Source: Klebsiella sp. WP3-W18-ESBL-02 (GTDB lineage Bacteria > Pseudomonadota > Gammaproteobacteria > Enterobacterales > Enterobacteriaceae). Taken from it: DNA of 64,000 bases. Location of the stretch: NCBI RefSeq assembly GCF_014168815.1, contig NZ_AP021972.1, positions 4,756,375 through 4,820,374 on the forward strand. The letters are read 5' to 3'. The first letter of the stretch is position 1, and every line of letters starts with the position of its first letter. Under the pieces are notes generated by a model. The model ran no database searches. It saw nothing but the letters and a program-made list of their open reading frames with translations, and was not told where the DNA came from. The translations under genes and the position numbers were made by a program. Shown piece by piece: positions 22,949-33,012 of the stretch.

Positions 22949-25045
22949 TCAGCGGAAGTTCTGGCTCTTATCGCCGGTCATGTTGTACAGCTCGAACTGA
23001 CGTCCCAGCATCTGACCACCGTCGCGCGTCAGCGGCGTCCAGCCAACAACCGCGCGGCTGCGGGTTGGGCCGGAGGTGAAGAGATCCATCGGGATATTCA
23101 CATAGACCCCTTTGGTGAACTGCCCTTCGCCATACTCATCCGCAGAGACGTTGGTAATGGTGGCGTATGCGCCAACCACAATGCCGCTGTCGAAGTGTTT
23201 CGAGATATCCAGCGTGCCGCCTTTATCTCCCGCCAGATACTGCCCGACGCTGGCTTTCACCAGCACATCCTGAGCAAACGACGGCGTCCAGTAGGCGGTC
23301 AGGTGCCCGGTCTTCACGCTGTAGTCGGTAAACTTCATCATGTCCTGCGCGCTGCGCCAGTCACGCTGCTTCACGTAGTTGGCGTTCAGGCCAAAGGCCC
23401 AGTTGCTGTCCACCGGACGATAGAGCACTTCCGCCCCCGCGCCGCCGTACATGGTTTCCAGATAGCCGCCGTAGACCTGGCCGTAGAAATCATTGCCCAG
23501 ATACTGGAAGTAGTTGGCCTGCAGGTTATTCACGTAGACATCGTTTTCCACGTATTCGCGGATGTGCGTACGCACGCGCGGCAGCGCCGAATCCTTCGGC
23601 GGGTTGGTGTAATTAAACTTGCCGTAGTTATTGGCGAGGTTAGCGAACAGGCTACCGCTGGTCAGCAGGTGGTCAGTCACCCACCAGTCAGCCGAGCCCA
23701 TGACGCCGACCTGGTACATATAGAAACTTTCCGGCCCGCCGATCGACTGGCTCAGCACCGGATCGATATGGAAATCAAAGCGCGATTTGTCGATATACCA
23801 GCCCTGCTCGGTTTTATCCGGCACGATCGGCGCGACGCGTTTTTGCACCAGCGGCGTCTCCTGCCCCAGCGGCTCCCCGGCGAGATGCCGTTGCAGGCTT
23901 GCTACATCGGTTTCCGTGGTCACTTCCGGCAGATTCAGCCGCGTCTCGGTAATGCGGATCGTGCGGATCCCTTCCGGAAGATCGTTGGCGATGATCCGAT
24001 TGGCGCGTTCGATCCCTTCCCGCGAATCACGATACTTCACCTGCTCACCGGTGACGTACAGCGTGTCGCCCTGCACCTGAATTTTCGGCGCCGCAAAGCC
24101 CGCGTTGTACTTAAGCTGGGTCAACTGGTTTGCCACTACCGAATGCTGGAGGATAGGGTCCTGCGGCTGAGGTCGATAGGTCGGGCGCGCGTTGTCGTTA
24201 TAGGACGGACGCAGATCGTTAAAGTTGGTGCGCAGGGTAAAGCCGAACATCACCGTATTGCCACGTTCGTAGCTGAGGTTCACATCGGCCCAGTCGGTAA
24301 CGCGATAAATAGCGCCGACGTTAATTTTGCTCTTCTGATCGAGCTTGCCAGCAAAGTCCTGCTGGTAGTTGTTACCTTCATACTCCAGCTTCAGACGCAG
24401 CGGCTGCCACGGCGTCTGGTACTCAATACCGCCAAAGTAAGCCGCCGGGCCATGGAACATCTGGCTGCCATCAACCGAGCCCGCTTTACGATAGCGATTA
24501 TCGCGGTAGCAGTATTTGTCGCTGTAGGAGCAGAACGGGTTGGTGGCGTTACCGCTGGTGCCGAGATAGCCCCAGCCTAAGCCGAGAGTAAAGTCGAACG
24601 GCCCCCAGGCTTTGCTGGCAACAATATATTCCGAGTCAAACAGGCCGGTACCGCCGATATCGCGCGCGCCGACCGCCACCTGCGGCATCCAGTAGCTCTC
24701 TTCCCACAGGCGCAGCTTCACGTCGAAGGCTTTATCTTTGTAGGTTTGCGAGCCGGAGAAGGCATCCACGCTGCTGTAGTCTTTGGTGCGCACATCGGTA
24801 TAGCGCAGCGTGGTTTCCAGCCACGGGAAAAGCTGGGCGGAGGCGGAGTAATAGCGGTACTGATCGTTATCGCGATAGTTCAGGCTGAACTCGCCGTCGC
24901 GCGCCATGCGCGCCGTTGGGGTTTGCAGCAGGCCTACGCCGCCAAAGTCTGACTGCGAGGGGCCGATAGGGGCGGGAAACGTTTCCGCATGGCACGCCGC
25001 GCTAACCGACAGGGCCAGCAGGCTGTAAAGACAAGCTTTTTTCAT
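22949..25045 (-). CDS. yjbH: YjbH, outer-membrane component of the yjbEFGH exopolysaccharide locus
   Basis: The 698-aa product begins [26 protein letters not shown]... and starts with a signal peptide. Its length and position match E. coli yjbH. Confidence 0.85.
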   Translation of the reverse strand: MKKACLYSLLALSVSAACHAETFPAPIGPSQSDFGGVGLLQTPTARMARDGEFSLNYRDNDQYRYYSASAQLFPWLETTLRYTDVRTKDYSSVDAFSGSQTYKDKAFDVKLRLWEESYWMPQVAVGARDIGGTGLFDSEYIVASKAWGPFDFTLGLGWGYLGTSGNATNPFCSYSDKYCYRDNRYRKAGSVDGSQMFHGPAAYFGGIEYQTPWQPLRLKLEYEGNNYQQDFAGKLDQKSKINVGAIYRVTDWADVNLSYERGNTVMFGFTLRTNFNDLRPSYNDNARPTYRPQPQDPILQHSVVANQLTQLKYNAGFAAPKIQVQGDTLYVTGEQVKYRDSREGIERANRIIANDLPEGIRTIRITETRLNLPEVTTETDVASLQRHLAGEPLGQETPLVQKRVAPIVPDKTEQGWYIDKSRFDFHIDPVLSQSIGGPESFYMYQVGVMGSADWWVTDHLLTSGSLFANLANNYGKFNYTNPPKDSALPRVRTHIREYVENDVYVNNLQANYFQYLGNDFYGQVYGGYLETMYGGAGAEVLYRPVDSNWAFGLNANYVKQRDWRSAQDMMKFTDYSVKTGHLTAYWTPSFAQDVLVKASVGQYLAGDKGGTLDISKHFDSGIVVGAYATITNVSADEYGEGQFTKGVYVNIPMDLFTSGPTRSRAVVGWTPLTRDGGQMLGRQFELYNMTGDKSQNFR

Positions 25046-25782
25046 TATTCAGGTCTCCGCTGCGACAGGGAGCGAAGGATTTCAGCGTTCAGCGCTTCGT
25101 ATTTTTTCGTCCACCGTGAGTCGGCAAAGCCGACAAACAGAATGCTGCCGGGCATCGGTTCAACGTGCCGCTTATTCCAGTACGCCACCGGCGCTTTTTG
25201 CGTGCGCCCGTCCGGGTAAATCACCCAGGCGTAGCTGCGATCCGCGCCGCTGAGCAGGCTGATATCATCGAGGTAGCTGGCCGCGTCGCGCCCCGGCGTG
25301 AAAGGGATTTTTCCCGGTTTATCCACCAGACCCACCAGCGTGATGGTGGAAGGTTCGCGCCCCAGCCATAGGGTGTAATGGCCTTCGAGCGGCGGGTTAT
25401 TTTTACTGCGGACCCGCACGGTGTCAGGGTCCAGCGGCACTAATAAACGCCCGGTCACCGGGATGGCCTGCAGTTGGTTGCGCAGGGCATTTATCGCCCC
25501 CGCCTCGCTGCCGCCCTCATCCGCCGCAAGCGCGGCCAGTTCTGCCAGCAGCGCCTGATGTTCACGCTCGGCTTGCGCAGTTGCCAGCGGAGAGGCGATC
25601 GCCGCGCCGGGCCACCAGCTTCCCGCCAGCCTCGGTTGCCCGACCAGGTCGGCCAGCCGTTCGGCGTGGGTTAAGGTCAGCGGCTTTTCAACGCCCGCCA
25701 TATGAACCTCGACGGTACCTGCCGCCTGAGCAGCAAAGGAGATAGCGCTGAGCATGGCGGCGATAATTAACGGTTTTTTCAT
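25045..25782 (-). CDS. yjbG: YjbG, periplasmic protein of the yjbEFGH operon
   Basis: The 245-aa product begins [20 protein letters not shown] and carries a signal peptide. Its start and stop overlap yjbH and yjbF, so the genes are translationally coupled. Confidence 0.8.
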   Translation of the reverse strand: MKKPLIIAAMLSAISFAAQAAGTVEVHMAGVEKPLTLTHAERLADLVGQPRLAGSWWPGAAIASPLATAQAEREHQALLAELAALAADEGGSEAGAINALRNQLQAIPVTGRLLVPLDPDTVRVRSKNNPPLEGHYTLWLGREPSTITLVGLVDKPGKIPFTPGRDAASYLDDISLLSGADRSYAWVIYPDGRTQKAPVAYWNKRHVEPMPGSILFVGFADSRWTKKYEALNAEILRSLSQRRPE

Positions 25783-26417
25783 GATTTCGCCGCCTTGATA
25801 AGCATGGTTTTCACCGGGAAGGTTCCTGCGCCGAGATATTGTTCCGACTGGCGAATTTGCCCTTCGCTGTCGACCCAGTAGCGGTTGCGCCAGCTCGCTT
25901 CAGAAGTGCTCACCTCTTCTTCCAGCACACGTACGGCGGTGTCCTGGCCCGACAGGGTCAGCGTGTCGTTGCCATCCCAGTGGAAGGTGGACGTGGTGGT
26001 GGCATAGCGCACCTGCTGGTGCTCGGTCCAGCCCATGGTCCGCGTCCAGCGCGCGCCGTCGGCGATCTGGTTCGGGCGGGCCAGCGGGTCGTTGTCGAGG
26101 TTATTCACCGTGAGCAGGTTGTCGCCCGCCAGCTTGGTTTTTACCAGGCGTCCATGCTGTGTCACCAGCATTGCCCGGTCCTGCGTCAGCCATTTCTGCT
26201 GACCTTCTTCGGAATACGCCAGCACCACGAAGATCTGCGGTCCGCCGTTAAGCTGCATATATTGGCTGGCGTATGGCATGGTCTGGATTTCATCGTCGGT
26301 AAGCTGTACGCCCGACTCACCGGATACGCTTTGCCAAAGCGATTTTCCCAGTCCCTTGGTGCTGGGTGAACACGCCTGAAGCAACAGGCAAATAAGGGGA
26401 ATAACAAGTCGCTTCAC
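25779..26417 (-). CDS. yjbF: YjbF lipoprotein (yjbEFGH operon)
   Basis: The likely GTG start at 26417 gives MKRLVIPLICLLLQAC-S with a lipobox. A GGAGAA RBS lies 6 nt upstream. The ORF track starts at 26447. Confidence 0.78.
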   Translation of the reverse strand: MKRLVIPLICLLLQACSPSTKGLGKSLWQSVSGESGVQLTDDEIQTMPYASQYMQLNGGPQIFVVLAYSEEGQQKWLTQDRAMLVTQHGRLVKTKLAGDNLLTVNNLDNDPLARPNQIADGARWTRTMGWTEHQQVRYATTTSTFHWDGNDTLTLSGQDTAVRVLEEEVSTSEASWRNRYWVDSEGQIRQSEQYLGAGTFPVKTMLIKAAKS

Positions 26418-26477
26418 GACGCTTCTCCAGGGGCAAAATAACCACACCGAAGTGTGGTTAGGATTAACGTACCGTTT

Positions 26478-26729
26478 TTATTGAGTACGGGTGGTCGTTG
26501 TCGTACTGGTCGTGGTGGTGGTCCCGGTGTTGGAACCATCGCCGCCAGCCGCTGCCAGCGCCATACCGACCGCAGAACCTACGGTGCTGGCGCTGGTGGC
26601 GGTTGAACTCCCGGCCGACACTGACGTTGCTGCTGCACCAGCTGCTTCACCCGTTTCAATCGGTGCCGCGCTGGCGCTTGCCGCAGCAAACGCCGATATG
26701 GCAAAAATGCCATAGAGGATTTTCTTCAT
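26478..26729 (-). CDS. yjbE: YjbE, small secreted Thr/Ser-rich protein (yjbEFGH operon)
   Basis: [42 protein letters not shown]...[14 protein letters not shown] has a signal peptide and a low-complexity Thr-rich tail like E. coli YjbE. Confidence 0.8.
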   Translation of the reverse strand: MKKILYGIFAISAFAAASASAAPIETGEAAGAAATSVSAGSSTATSASTVGSAVGMALAAAGGDGSNTGTTTTTSTTTTTRTQ

Positions 26730-26764
26730 ACGTATTCCCTTCATTAGATGAATGGATATGTACC

Positions 26765-26778
26765 TGAGAATATTCAGG
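26765..26778. promoter_or_regulatory. RcsAB-box-like motif upstream of yjbE
   Basis: TGAGAATATTCAGG resembles the TaAGaatatTCctA RcsAB box. yjbEFGH is Rcs-regulated in E. coli. Confidence 0.3.
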
Positions 26779-27023
26779 CGTCATCGAGTATACACAACCA
26801 AATGAATGGAATTCGGTGATGGGAAATAGGGGAAGGTTTTTTCGGAAAATATGAAAATGAAAGATAAGAAAATAAAATATCAATAAATAACAGCGTGTTA
26901 TCTATTAACTTAAGAATGGCAATATACGGTTAATCCGAAACATACATCTGGGATAGGTGATATTTAGGATTATGCTCAATATCAATATAATTCAGAAAAT
27001 TAAGATATACGGAATTATCTGAC

Positions 27024-27050
27024 AAAAAAATGCCGGCATGATGCCGGCAT
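27024..27050 (-). terminator. Rho-independent terminator of pgi
   Basis: On the minus strand the hairpin ATGCCGGCAT-C-ATGCCGGCAT is followed by TTTTTTTG. Confidence 0.8.
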
Positions 27051-27065
27051 TGAGAATATATAACC

Positions 27066-28715
<1,650 letters not shown>

Positions 28716-28959
28716 TAGCAATACCCTTCTGATTTAAAAATCGTAACTGTCCTCGATTGTAGCGCCTGTCACAAAAAATTGTGATGGTTTTAATGTCATC
28801 CCCCTAAGGGATGAGAAAATTGCGCATAAAACAGACAAAAGTATAGCCTTCATAAGCCGCATTACTGTGGGGCTATGGCGCATGAAAAATCCGCATAACC
28901 CCAGCGTTGACAAGCGACCCGCTAACCCTTTATTTATAAATGTACTACCTGCGCATGCG

Positions 28960-29160
28960 CAGGCCAGAAGAGGCGCGTTGCCCAGGTATACGGTGTTGGA
29001 GGAACCCATCCTGTGAAAACACCTGAAGGGGAGCAACGCCGAGATGGCTGAACAACAGGTTACGTTCAACATCGGCTACAGGGGCTGAATCCCCTGGGTT
29101 GTCACCAGAAGCGTTCGCAGTCGGGCGTTTCGCAAGTGGTGGAGCACTTCTGGGTGAAAT
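28960..29160 (+). ncRNA. Lysine riboswitch (L-box) in the lysC leader
   Basis: The leader ...CCAGAAGAGGCGCGTTGCCCAGGTATACGGTGTTGGAGGA...GGCTACAGGGGCTGAATCCCCTGGGTTGTCACCAGAAGCGTTCGCAGTCGGGCGTTTCGCAAGTGGTGGAGCACTTCTGGGTG is nearly identical to the E. coli lysC leader. Confidence 0.85.
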
Positions 29161-29250
29161 CGTAGTTGTTTATCGCTCTGCGCCCACCCGTCTTTCGCTC
29201 TTCCCTTGTGCCAAGGCTGAATAATAAAAATCCCCTGACACGAGGTTCAT

Positions 29251-30603
29251 ATGACAGCAGCAGTAGTCGTCGCCAAGTTTGGCGGTACCAGCGTAGCCGA
29301 TTTTGACGCTATGAATCGCAGCGCCGATGTGGTGCTTTCCGACGCCAACGTGCGTCTCGTCGTGCTGTCTGCCTCCGCAGGCGTCACCAACCTGCTGGTT
29401 GCGCTGGCCGAAGGGCTGGAGCCAGCCGAACGCGTGGCTAAGCTGGACGCCATTCGCGCCATTCAGTACGCCGTGCTGGAACGGCTGGCAAACCCTGCCG
29501 TCATTCGCGATGAAATTGAACGCCTGCTGGAAAATCTCGCGACGCTGGCGGAAGCCGCCTGCGCAGAAACGTCTACCGCGCTGACCGACGAACTGGTGAG
29601 CCACGGCGAGCTGATGTCGACCTTATTATTCGTTGAAATTCTGCGTGAACGTCAGGTTCAGGCGCAGTGGTTCGACGTGCGTAAAGTCATGCGCACCAGC
29701 GACCGCTTTGGCCGCGCCGAGCCGGACGTGGCCGCGCTGGCCGAACTGGCCGCACAGCAGTTAGCACCACGTCTTGAAGAAGGCCTGGTGATCACTCAGG
29801 GCTTTATCGGCAGCGAAAGCAAGGGTCGTACCACCACGCTGGGCCGCGGCGGCAGCGATTACACCGCCGCCCTGCTTGGCGAAGCGCTGCACGCCACCCG
29901 CGTCGATATCTGGACCGATGTTCCCGGTATCTACACCACCGATCCGCGCGTGGTGCCTGCGGCGAAACGTATTGATGAAATTGCCTTTGAAGAGGCCGCC
30001 GAGCTGGCGACCTTCGGCGCGAAGGTTCTGCATCCGGCCACGTTGCTGCCAGCCGTACGCAGCGACATTCCTGTGTTTGTCGGCTCCAGTAAAGATCCCA
30101 AAGCGGGCGGCACGCTGGTGTGCAACGAAACCGCCAATCCGCCGCTGTTCCGCGCGCTGGCGCTGCGCCGTAAGCAAACGCTGCTGACGCTGCACAGCCT
30201 CAACATGCTGCACTCACGCGGCTTCCTCGCGGAGGTATTCGGCATCCTCGCACGCCATAATATTTCGGTGGATCTGATCACTACCTCAGAGGTCAGCGTC
30301 GCGCTGACGCTCGACACGACCGGCTCAACGTCAACCGGCGACACCCTGCTGACGCAGTCGCTGCTGATGGAACTGTCGGCGCTGTGCCGTGTGGAAGTCG
30401 AAGAAGGCCTGGCGCTGGTGGCGTTGATTGGCAACGACCTGTCCAAAGCCTGCGGCGTGGGTAAAGAGGTGTTCGGCGTACTGGAGCCGTTCAACATTCG
30501 AATGATTTGCTACGGCGCGTCCAGCCATAACCTGTGCTTCCTGGTGCCGGGTGCGGAAGCCGAGCAGGTGGTACAGAAGCTGCACCATAATTTGTTTGAG
30601 TGA
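29251..30603 (+). CDS. lysC: Lysine-sensitive aspartokinase III
   Basis: MTAAVVVAKFGGTSVADFDAMNRSADVVLSDANVRLVVLSASAGVTNLLVALAEG... (450 aa) matches LysC, including the C-terminal ACT domains. Confidence 0.97.
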   Translation: MTAAVVVAKFGGTSVADFDAMNRSADVVLSDANVRLVVLSASAGVTNLLVALAEGLEPAERVAKLDAIRAIQYAVLERLANPAVIRDEIERLLENLATLAEAACAETSTALTDELVSHGELMSTLLFVEILRERQVQAQWFDVRKVMRTSDRFGRAEPDVAALAELAAQQLAPRLEEGLVITQGFIGSESKGRTTTLGRGGSDYTAALLGEALHATRVDIWTDVPGIYTTDPRVVPAAKRIDEIAFEEAAELATFGAKVLHPATLLPAVRSDIPVFVGSSKDPKAGGTLVCNETANPPLFRALALRRKQTLLTLHSLNMLHSRGFLAEVFGILARHNISVDLITTSEVSVALTLDTTGSTSTGDTLLTQSLLMELSALCRVEVEEGLALVALIGNDLSKACGVGKEVFGVLEPFNIRMICYGASSHNLCFLVPGAEAEQVVQKLHHNLFE

Positions 30604-30645
30604 GTAGACGTCAACGCCCGATGGTTCTTAGGCCATCGGGCATTT

Positions 30646-31431
30646 TCAGCGCATCACCGTATCATATAACAGTCTGTCCAGCGCCCGGACATCCCCTTCC
30701 CGGCTGTCTGGTAAGGTCGGTGGGATTTCTCCTCTCTCCAGTTCGCCGCGGATAAACGCATGTAACAATGGACGACGCGGACCATACTCAGCCTCACCTG
30801 ACCGCTGTTTGCGCGCCAGCAATTCGTCGATTTCCTGACGCAATGGCGCATCCAGTTCACTTCCCGCCAGCAGCTCGGCAAAACGCATTGGCGGCACGCC
30901 CTTGCCCGCTTCCACCCAACGCACCGCCAACAGGGGTCGCAGAACGTAGAAGTACTTCTTCAATCGCACGTCGTCACCCTGCAAATAACCACGGAAGTTT
31001 TTCCGCGCCATCGAGTAGTAGTGCCAGCGGGCACGTAGCGGAGAAAACCATTTGGGCACCAACGCTTTCAGCACCGACACGGTCGCGTCATCCTGCTGAT
31101 AGACCACCGGCGAATCCAGCCACTCGATAAGCGTCGGGTTTGCGCCTTTGAGTAACCCCAGCGCCTTGCGCCATTCCCAGCCGCACACGTCCAGCTCATC
31201 ATCTATCGGCAGCTCAATAACATCGCGTGGCGCTTCGATCCGCAGATACCATTCAGGGGGATGAACATAGAGAAATCGCACGTCGTAATCGCTGTCCGGC
31301 GAAGCAAATCCCCAGCCACGGCTGCCGGACTCACAGGCATACAGCACCCTGACGCCATAGCGCTGCTCAACCTCTTTTAGCTGGCGCAATACCCGTTCGC
31401 GCATTGCGCCGTCCACTGTGTTGTCGCTCAT
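30646..31431 (-). CDS. Pol-beta-superfamily nucleotidyltransferase, distal gene of the sigma54-driven operon
   Basis: The 261-aa product has the active-site motif ...YACESGSRGWGFASPDSDYDVRFLY... (GS-x9-D-x-D). Its start lies 5 nt after the SPFH gene stop. There is no HEPN partner and no E. coli K-12 counterpart. Confidence 0.6.
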   Translation of the reverse strand: MSDNTVDGAMRERVLRQLKEVEQRYGVRVLYACESGSRGWGFASPDSDYDVRFLYVHPPEWYLRIEAPRDVIELPIDDELDVCGWEWRKALGLLKGANPTLIEWLDSPVVYQQDDATVSVLKALVPKWFSPLRARWHYYSMARKNFRGYLQGDDVRLKKYFYVLRPLLAVRWVEAGKGVPPMRFAELLAGSELDAPLRQEIDELLARKQRSGEAEYGPRRPLLHAFIRGELERGEIPPTLPDSREGDVRALDRLLYDTVMR

Positions 31432-31436
31432 TATTC

Positions 31437-32564
31437 TTATCCTTTTATGTTCACAAGACCGTGCAGCACCTGATCCAGGCCCCCGAACACCGAGATTTTA
31501 TCGATGCGCTCAGCAACTCTTTCGAGGGTTTCCAGTTCTTTTAAGCGCAGCGCTACCGGGTTGTTTTCCATCACTTTTGCCGTATTTAACAGCGATCGCG
31601 TGGCGGCAGTCTCTTCACGACGTCGGATCACGTTGGCCTGGGCGGATTTTTCCGCTTCAACCAGTTGCGATAAAATAGCCTTCATATCGCCGGGCAGGAC
31701 AATATCCTTCACCCCCAGTGAAGCCACCTCAATACCAAACGGCGTCATACGGGCTTTCACCTGCGCGCTCACCACTTCATCGATCACCTGCTTATCTTCC
31801 AGCAATTCGTCCAGCGTGCGCGTTCCCACCGCTTCACGCAGCGCAAACTGCAATTCACGGTAAAGGTGATCCAGCGGTTTAGTCAGTTGACCAAATGCCA
31901 GCAACACATCGCGATAATGCCAGTTCGCCGCCAGGTTTAAACGCAGGTTGACCTTATCTTTGGTCAGTATCTCCTGGCCGCCAACCTCCAGCACCTGCAA
32001 GCGGGTATCCACTACTTCCGCTTCAATCAGATGGTTTACCTTCCAGTATGCCGTCAGACCTGGCGACAGTAATGCCTGTGTCTCACCGTCAATTTTCAGC
32101 ACACCGACGTGCCACGCCGGGACCTGCACCGTTAAGATAGCTTCGCGACCTTTCACCGCACCGCTGCGACGTGGCTGTAATACTGCGTTCATCACGTCAA
32201 CAGGAACCAAAACCTGACGTGTATCCATCCGTACCAGCTTCAGCGCTTCATCGGCCTGCCAGTACAGACGGCGCGTTGCCGGTGGCAAAATTTCCTGCAA
32301 GACGCCGTTGACATACAGCGCCGCGGCTTCGGTATCCGTTGTATCCGCGACCAGGCAGTAACGCTCCACCCAATAAGGCTGAAAGCGGCGTAAATACTCC
32401 GCTAATGCCTGCGGTACTTCGCCGCCATCCCTATTGACGATCAGCACTTCCGGGGTGCTAAACCACGGTAAACGATGCTGACCCGCTTCCAACACCTGAT
32501 AGTAATCACCCTCGCGGGATAAAAGACCTAACTGCGCTTTTTGGATAGTGATTTTCTTAGCCAT
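31437..32564 (-). CDS. SPFH/band-7 (stomatin/flotillin-like) domain protein, proximal gene of the sigma54-driven operon
   Basis: The ATG at 32564 follows an AAGGA RBS, giving MAKKITIQKAQLGLL... (375 aa). The C-terminal half has the SPFH signature ...ILTKDKVNLRLNLAANWHYRDV...GIEVASLGVKDIVLPGDMKAILSQLVEAEKSAQANVIRRREET.... No transmembrane segment is evident. The ORF track started at 32639. Confidence 0.6.
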   Translation of the reverse strand: MAKKITIQKAQLGLLSREGDYYQVLEAGQHRLPWFSTPEVLIVNRDGGEVPQALAEYLRRFQPYWVERYCLVADTTDTEAAALYVNGVLQEILPPATRRLYWQADEALKLVRMDTRQVLVPVDVMNAVLQPRRSGAVKGREAILTVQVPAWHVGVLKIDGETQALLSPGLTAYWKVNHLIEAEVVDTRLQVLEVGGQEILTKDKVNLRLNLAANWHYRDVLLAFGQLTKPLDHLYRELQFALREAVGTRTLDELLEDKQVIDEVVSAQVKARMTPFGIEVASLGVKDIVLPGDMKAILSQLVEAEKSAQANVIRRREETAATRSLLNTAKVMENNPVALRLKELETLERVAERIDKISVFGGLDQVLHGLVNIKG

Positions 32565-32728
32565 TTTATATTCCTTAATATCGTTCAGGCGCGGGTGCAG
32601 GGGCGAAGCGGCAGGGGAATTCCCTTTTGCCTGCCGCACGGCATCTTTACCGGCAGCCTGTTCTGGAGCGTGCTAACTGCACATCACTCCGCTTTATTTC
32701 TATGATTAACAACCCGTTTTCATTCGGG

Positions 32729-32763
32729 GATGAAATTGGGAATCGAACCCACTGTGTGTCATC
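32729..32763 (-). other. tRNA-like T-arm/acceptor minihelix motif in the operon leader (candidate structured RNA element)
   Basis: The minus-strand RNA is 5'-GAUGACACACAG-UGGG-UUCGAUU-CCCA-AUUUCAUC-3'. It has a canonical T-loop (UUCGAUU) on a 4-bp GGG/CCC stem, enclosed by a 5-bp GAUGA/UCAUC helix. There are no D or anticodon arms, so it is not a tRNA gene. Confidence 0.3.
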
Positions 32764-32860
32764 GGCTGACGGAACACTCCCGGAAAACAGCCTGTGCCGT
32801 TCCTGACGTGCCGGCGGGGTTTAACCCCCTGCGTTTTCAGCGTGATTGACGCAAGTGTTA

Positions 32861-32877
32861 TTGCCAGAAGCGTGCCA
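32861..32877 (-). promoter_or_regulatory. sigma54 (-24/-12) promoter driving the SPFH + nucleotidyltransferase operon
   Basis: The minus strand reads CTGGCAC-GCTTC-TGGCAA, i.e. TGGCAC-N5-TGGC with the GG and GC dinucleotides correctly spaced. It is divergent from the RtcR-like bEBP gene, and the leader to the SPFH ATG is about 285 nt. Confidence 0.55.
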
Positions 32878-33012
32878 GGAATTAAAAAAGGCATATTTAA
32901 TTTTTAATTAATTGATTTTTATAATTTTAATTATTGATGCCAATAATGACGGTTGTCTCGACGGGTTAATTTTTTTATCTTTTATTCTCTTATTTATCTT
33001 TTTGGATAAACC

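Noticed and set aside
26491-26767. ORFs antisense to yjbE encoding V/P-rich peptides
   Set aside because: They are a reverse-strand artefact of the low-complexity ACC/ACT (Thr) codon run in yjbE.
28734-29072. A 112-aa ORF on the minus strand in the pgi-lysC intergenic region
   Set aside because: It overlaps the lysine riboswitch and lysC promoter region, and has no RBS or homology.
32729-32763. Possibility that the tRNA-like motif is a complete tRNA gene or an island att site
   Set aside because: No D-arm or anticodon arm can be formed, and the sequence after the acceptor-like strand is CCG, not CCA. No matching direct repeat, integrase or other mobility gene is found at the far end of the insert, so an integration scar cannot be shown from this window. 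It is kept only as a candidate RNA motif.
32706-32894. A 62-aa ORF in the leader of the sigma54-driven operon
   Set aside because: It has no RBS and overlaps the sigma54 promoter itself. The region is better explained as a structured 5' leader.
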